NCBI GenBank assembly: GCA_905178155.1
Contig: CAJINV010000001.1
Coordinates: 1,725,904-1,789,903 of the forward strand
DNA from: Amoebophrya sp. A120
Lineage: Eukaryota > Protista > Dinoflagellata
Direction of reading: 5' to 3'
DNA length: 64,000 nucleotides
The position numbers and the translations under genes are program-made. The notes beneath the pieces were generated by a model. It saw only the letters and a list, made by a program, of their open reading frames with translations, did no database searches and was not told the origin of the DNA. Positions 63,201-64,000 of the stretch are shown here, one piece after another; within the stretch, counting starts at the first letter, position 1, and each line of letters starts with the position of its first letter.

Positions 63201-64000
63201 CTGCAAATTCGCGAAGGCCCGGAGAAGGAATGGCATGCCCGTCGGTGCTGTTCCGGTTCCGCCAGGAGCTGAATTGCTGTTCATGTTGGTCCGCGTGGCC
63301 GCAGCAGCGTCAAGTAGGCCAGTGTACATCGGCGCCAGGTGTAGCAAAATCTTGTAGGCCGCTGCTGGGGGTGCAGCTGTCCGTGATGTAGTTTTATTGT
63401 CGCGATTCACAGCAGAACAAGCCGGTGTTGTTTTAGAAGTATTTACGCATTCATCCAAATCTCGCGCGTACTCCGCCACCAGCATCAGGAAAGAACGCGC
63501 GATCCTTTCCAAATCTTCGGTGTCTTTCCCAAAACCGCAGATATCCGTCAAAAACTGCACGAAGCCAAAGTGGCCATGGTAGCACGCCAAGAAGAGTGCG
63601 TCGTGCCCGACGTACTCGTCCAAAGTTGGTGTTCTCAAGTCGCAGCCGGCTTCCAGCAGCGCCTTCAATCTCAAGATATCGCCGGTCTCGCAGGCTTTCC
63701 GGAGCTCCGCCTGCCGCTGCAGCTGGGTATTCCCCAAGTACAGCTTTTTCACCTCCCGCAGCGGCAGGGCGGTAAAGCGGGTGGAGGTCAGCGATTCGCA
63801 GGCCTGCTGCAGGAATTTCCCGTTCTGCTTGCGCCGCTGGCGCCCGGTCTGGCTGGCCTGCGCGATGCGCAGTTGCTCCAGGGTCGGGGGCAGTTTGGTT
63901 TCGAACTCGTCCTTGCTCTGTGCGAGGTAGGGCCTCGCCACGAATTCCTGGAAATTCCGCCGCAGAATGTCCGACGCCTGTTGCCGGGTGCACCAGGAGG
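60221..64000 (-). CDS. Ankyrin-repeat plus C-terminal 2OG-Fe(II) oxygenase (prolyl-4-hydroxylase-like) protein; 5' end probably beyond the window
   Basis: LRKACETGD...LLEAGCD and ALFLACYHGH ankyrin motifs; MRFLYY...HVD...TFILYLN...GGETVL...PRPGRLFLFPH...H...K...R catalytic pattern assembled across three elements. Confidence 0.82.
60810..60965. mobile_element. Introner-like TIR element, family B
   Basis: CATCCTGTGCAAAAGTAT...GATACTTTTGCAATGCATA; flanks tgttg/tattg. Confidence 0.9.
61006..61156. mobile_element. Introner-like TIR element, family J (single copy here)
   Basis: TATGCAATGTAAATTTCCTGTACATGTACAAA...TTTGTACGTGTACGGGAAATTTACTGTGGATA; duplication GTCGG. Confidence 0.92.
61607..61867. 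mobile_element. Introner-like TIR element, family A (opposite orientation to 13780)
   Basis: Family A ends; duplication ACACG. Confidence 0.94.

Noticed and set aside
240-64000. Long plus-strand ORFs (e.g. 12672..13424, 17921..18946, 62223..62996)
   Set aside because: They are antisense shadows of GC-rich minus-strand exons with no recognisable motifs.

Overview
Eukaryotic, gene-dense DNA. Every credible gene lies on the minus strand and is built from ordinary GT-AG introns plus a heavy load of short non-autonomous inverted-repeat elements. This architecture closely resembles the parasitic dinoflagellate Amoebophrya (inference, not a database match). I located 42 elements of 108-362 bp (one ~1.2 kb) in about 14 sequence families. 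Nearly all start TAT and end ATA, carry internal (T)GCATGACAA motifs, sit in coding sequence and are flanked by a 5-nt direct repeat. Deleting the element plus one repeat copy restores the frame and conserved motifs in SEL1L/Hrd3, Alba, a CHCHD2/10-like gene, an ankyrin + 2OG-Fe(II) oxygenase and others. The main new observation concerns the 19 diverged 5-nt repeats. In 16 of them the two copies still share one identical or synonymous in-frame codon, while bases outside that codon change freely. Tiny 18-24 nt stop-containing hairpin inserts follow the same rule. This suggests removal may be codon-guided (ribosomal bypassing, or a junction that slides within the repeat) rather than spliceosomal. 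Three exceptions are recorded. All coordinates were counted by hand.
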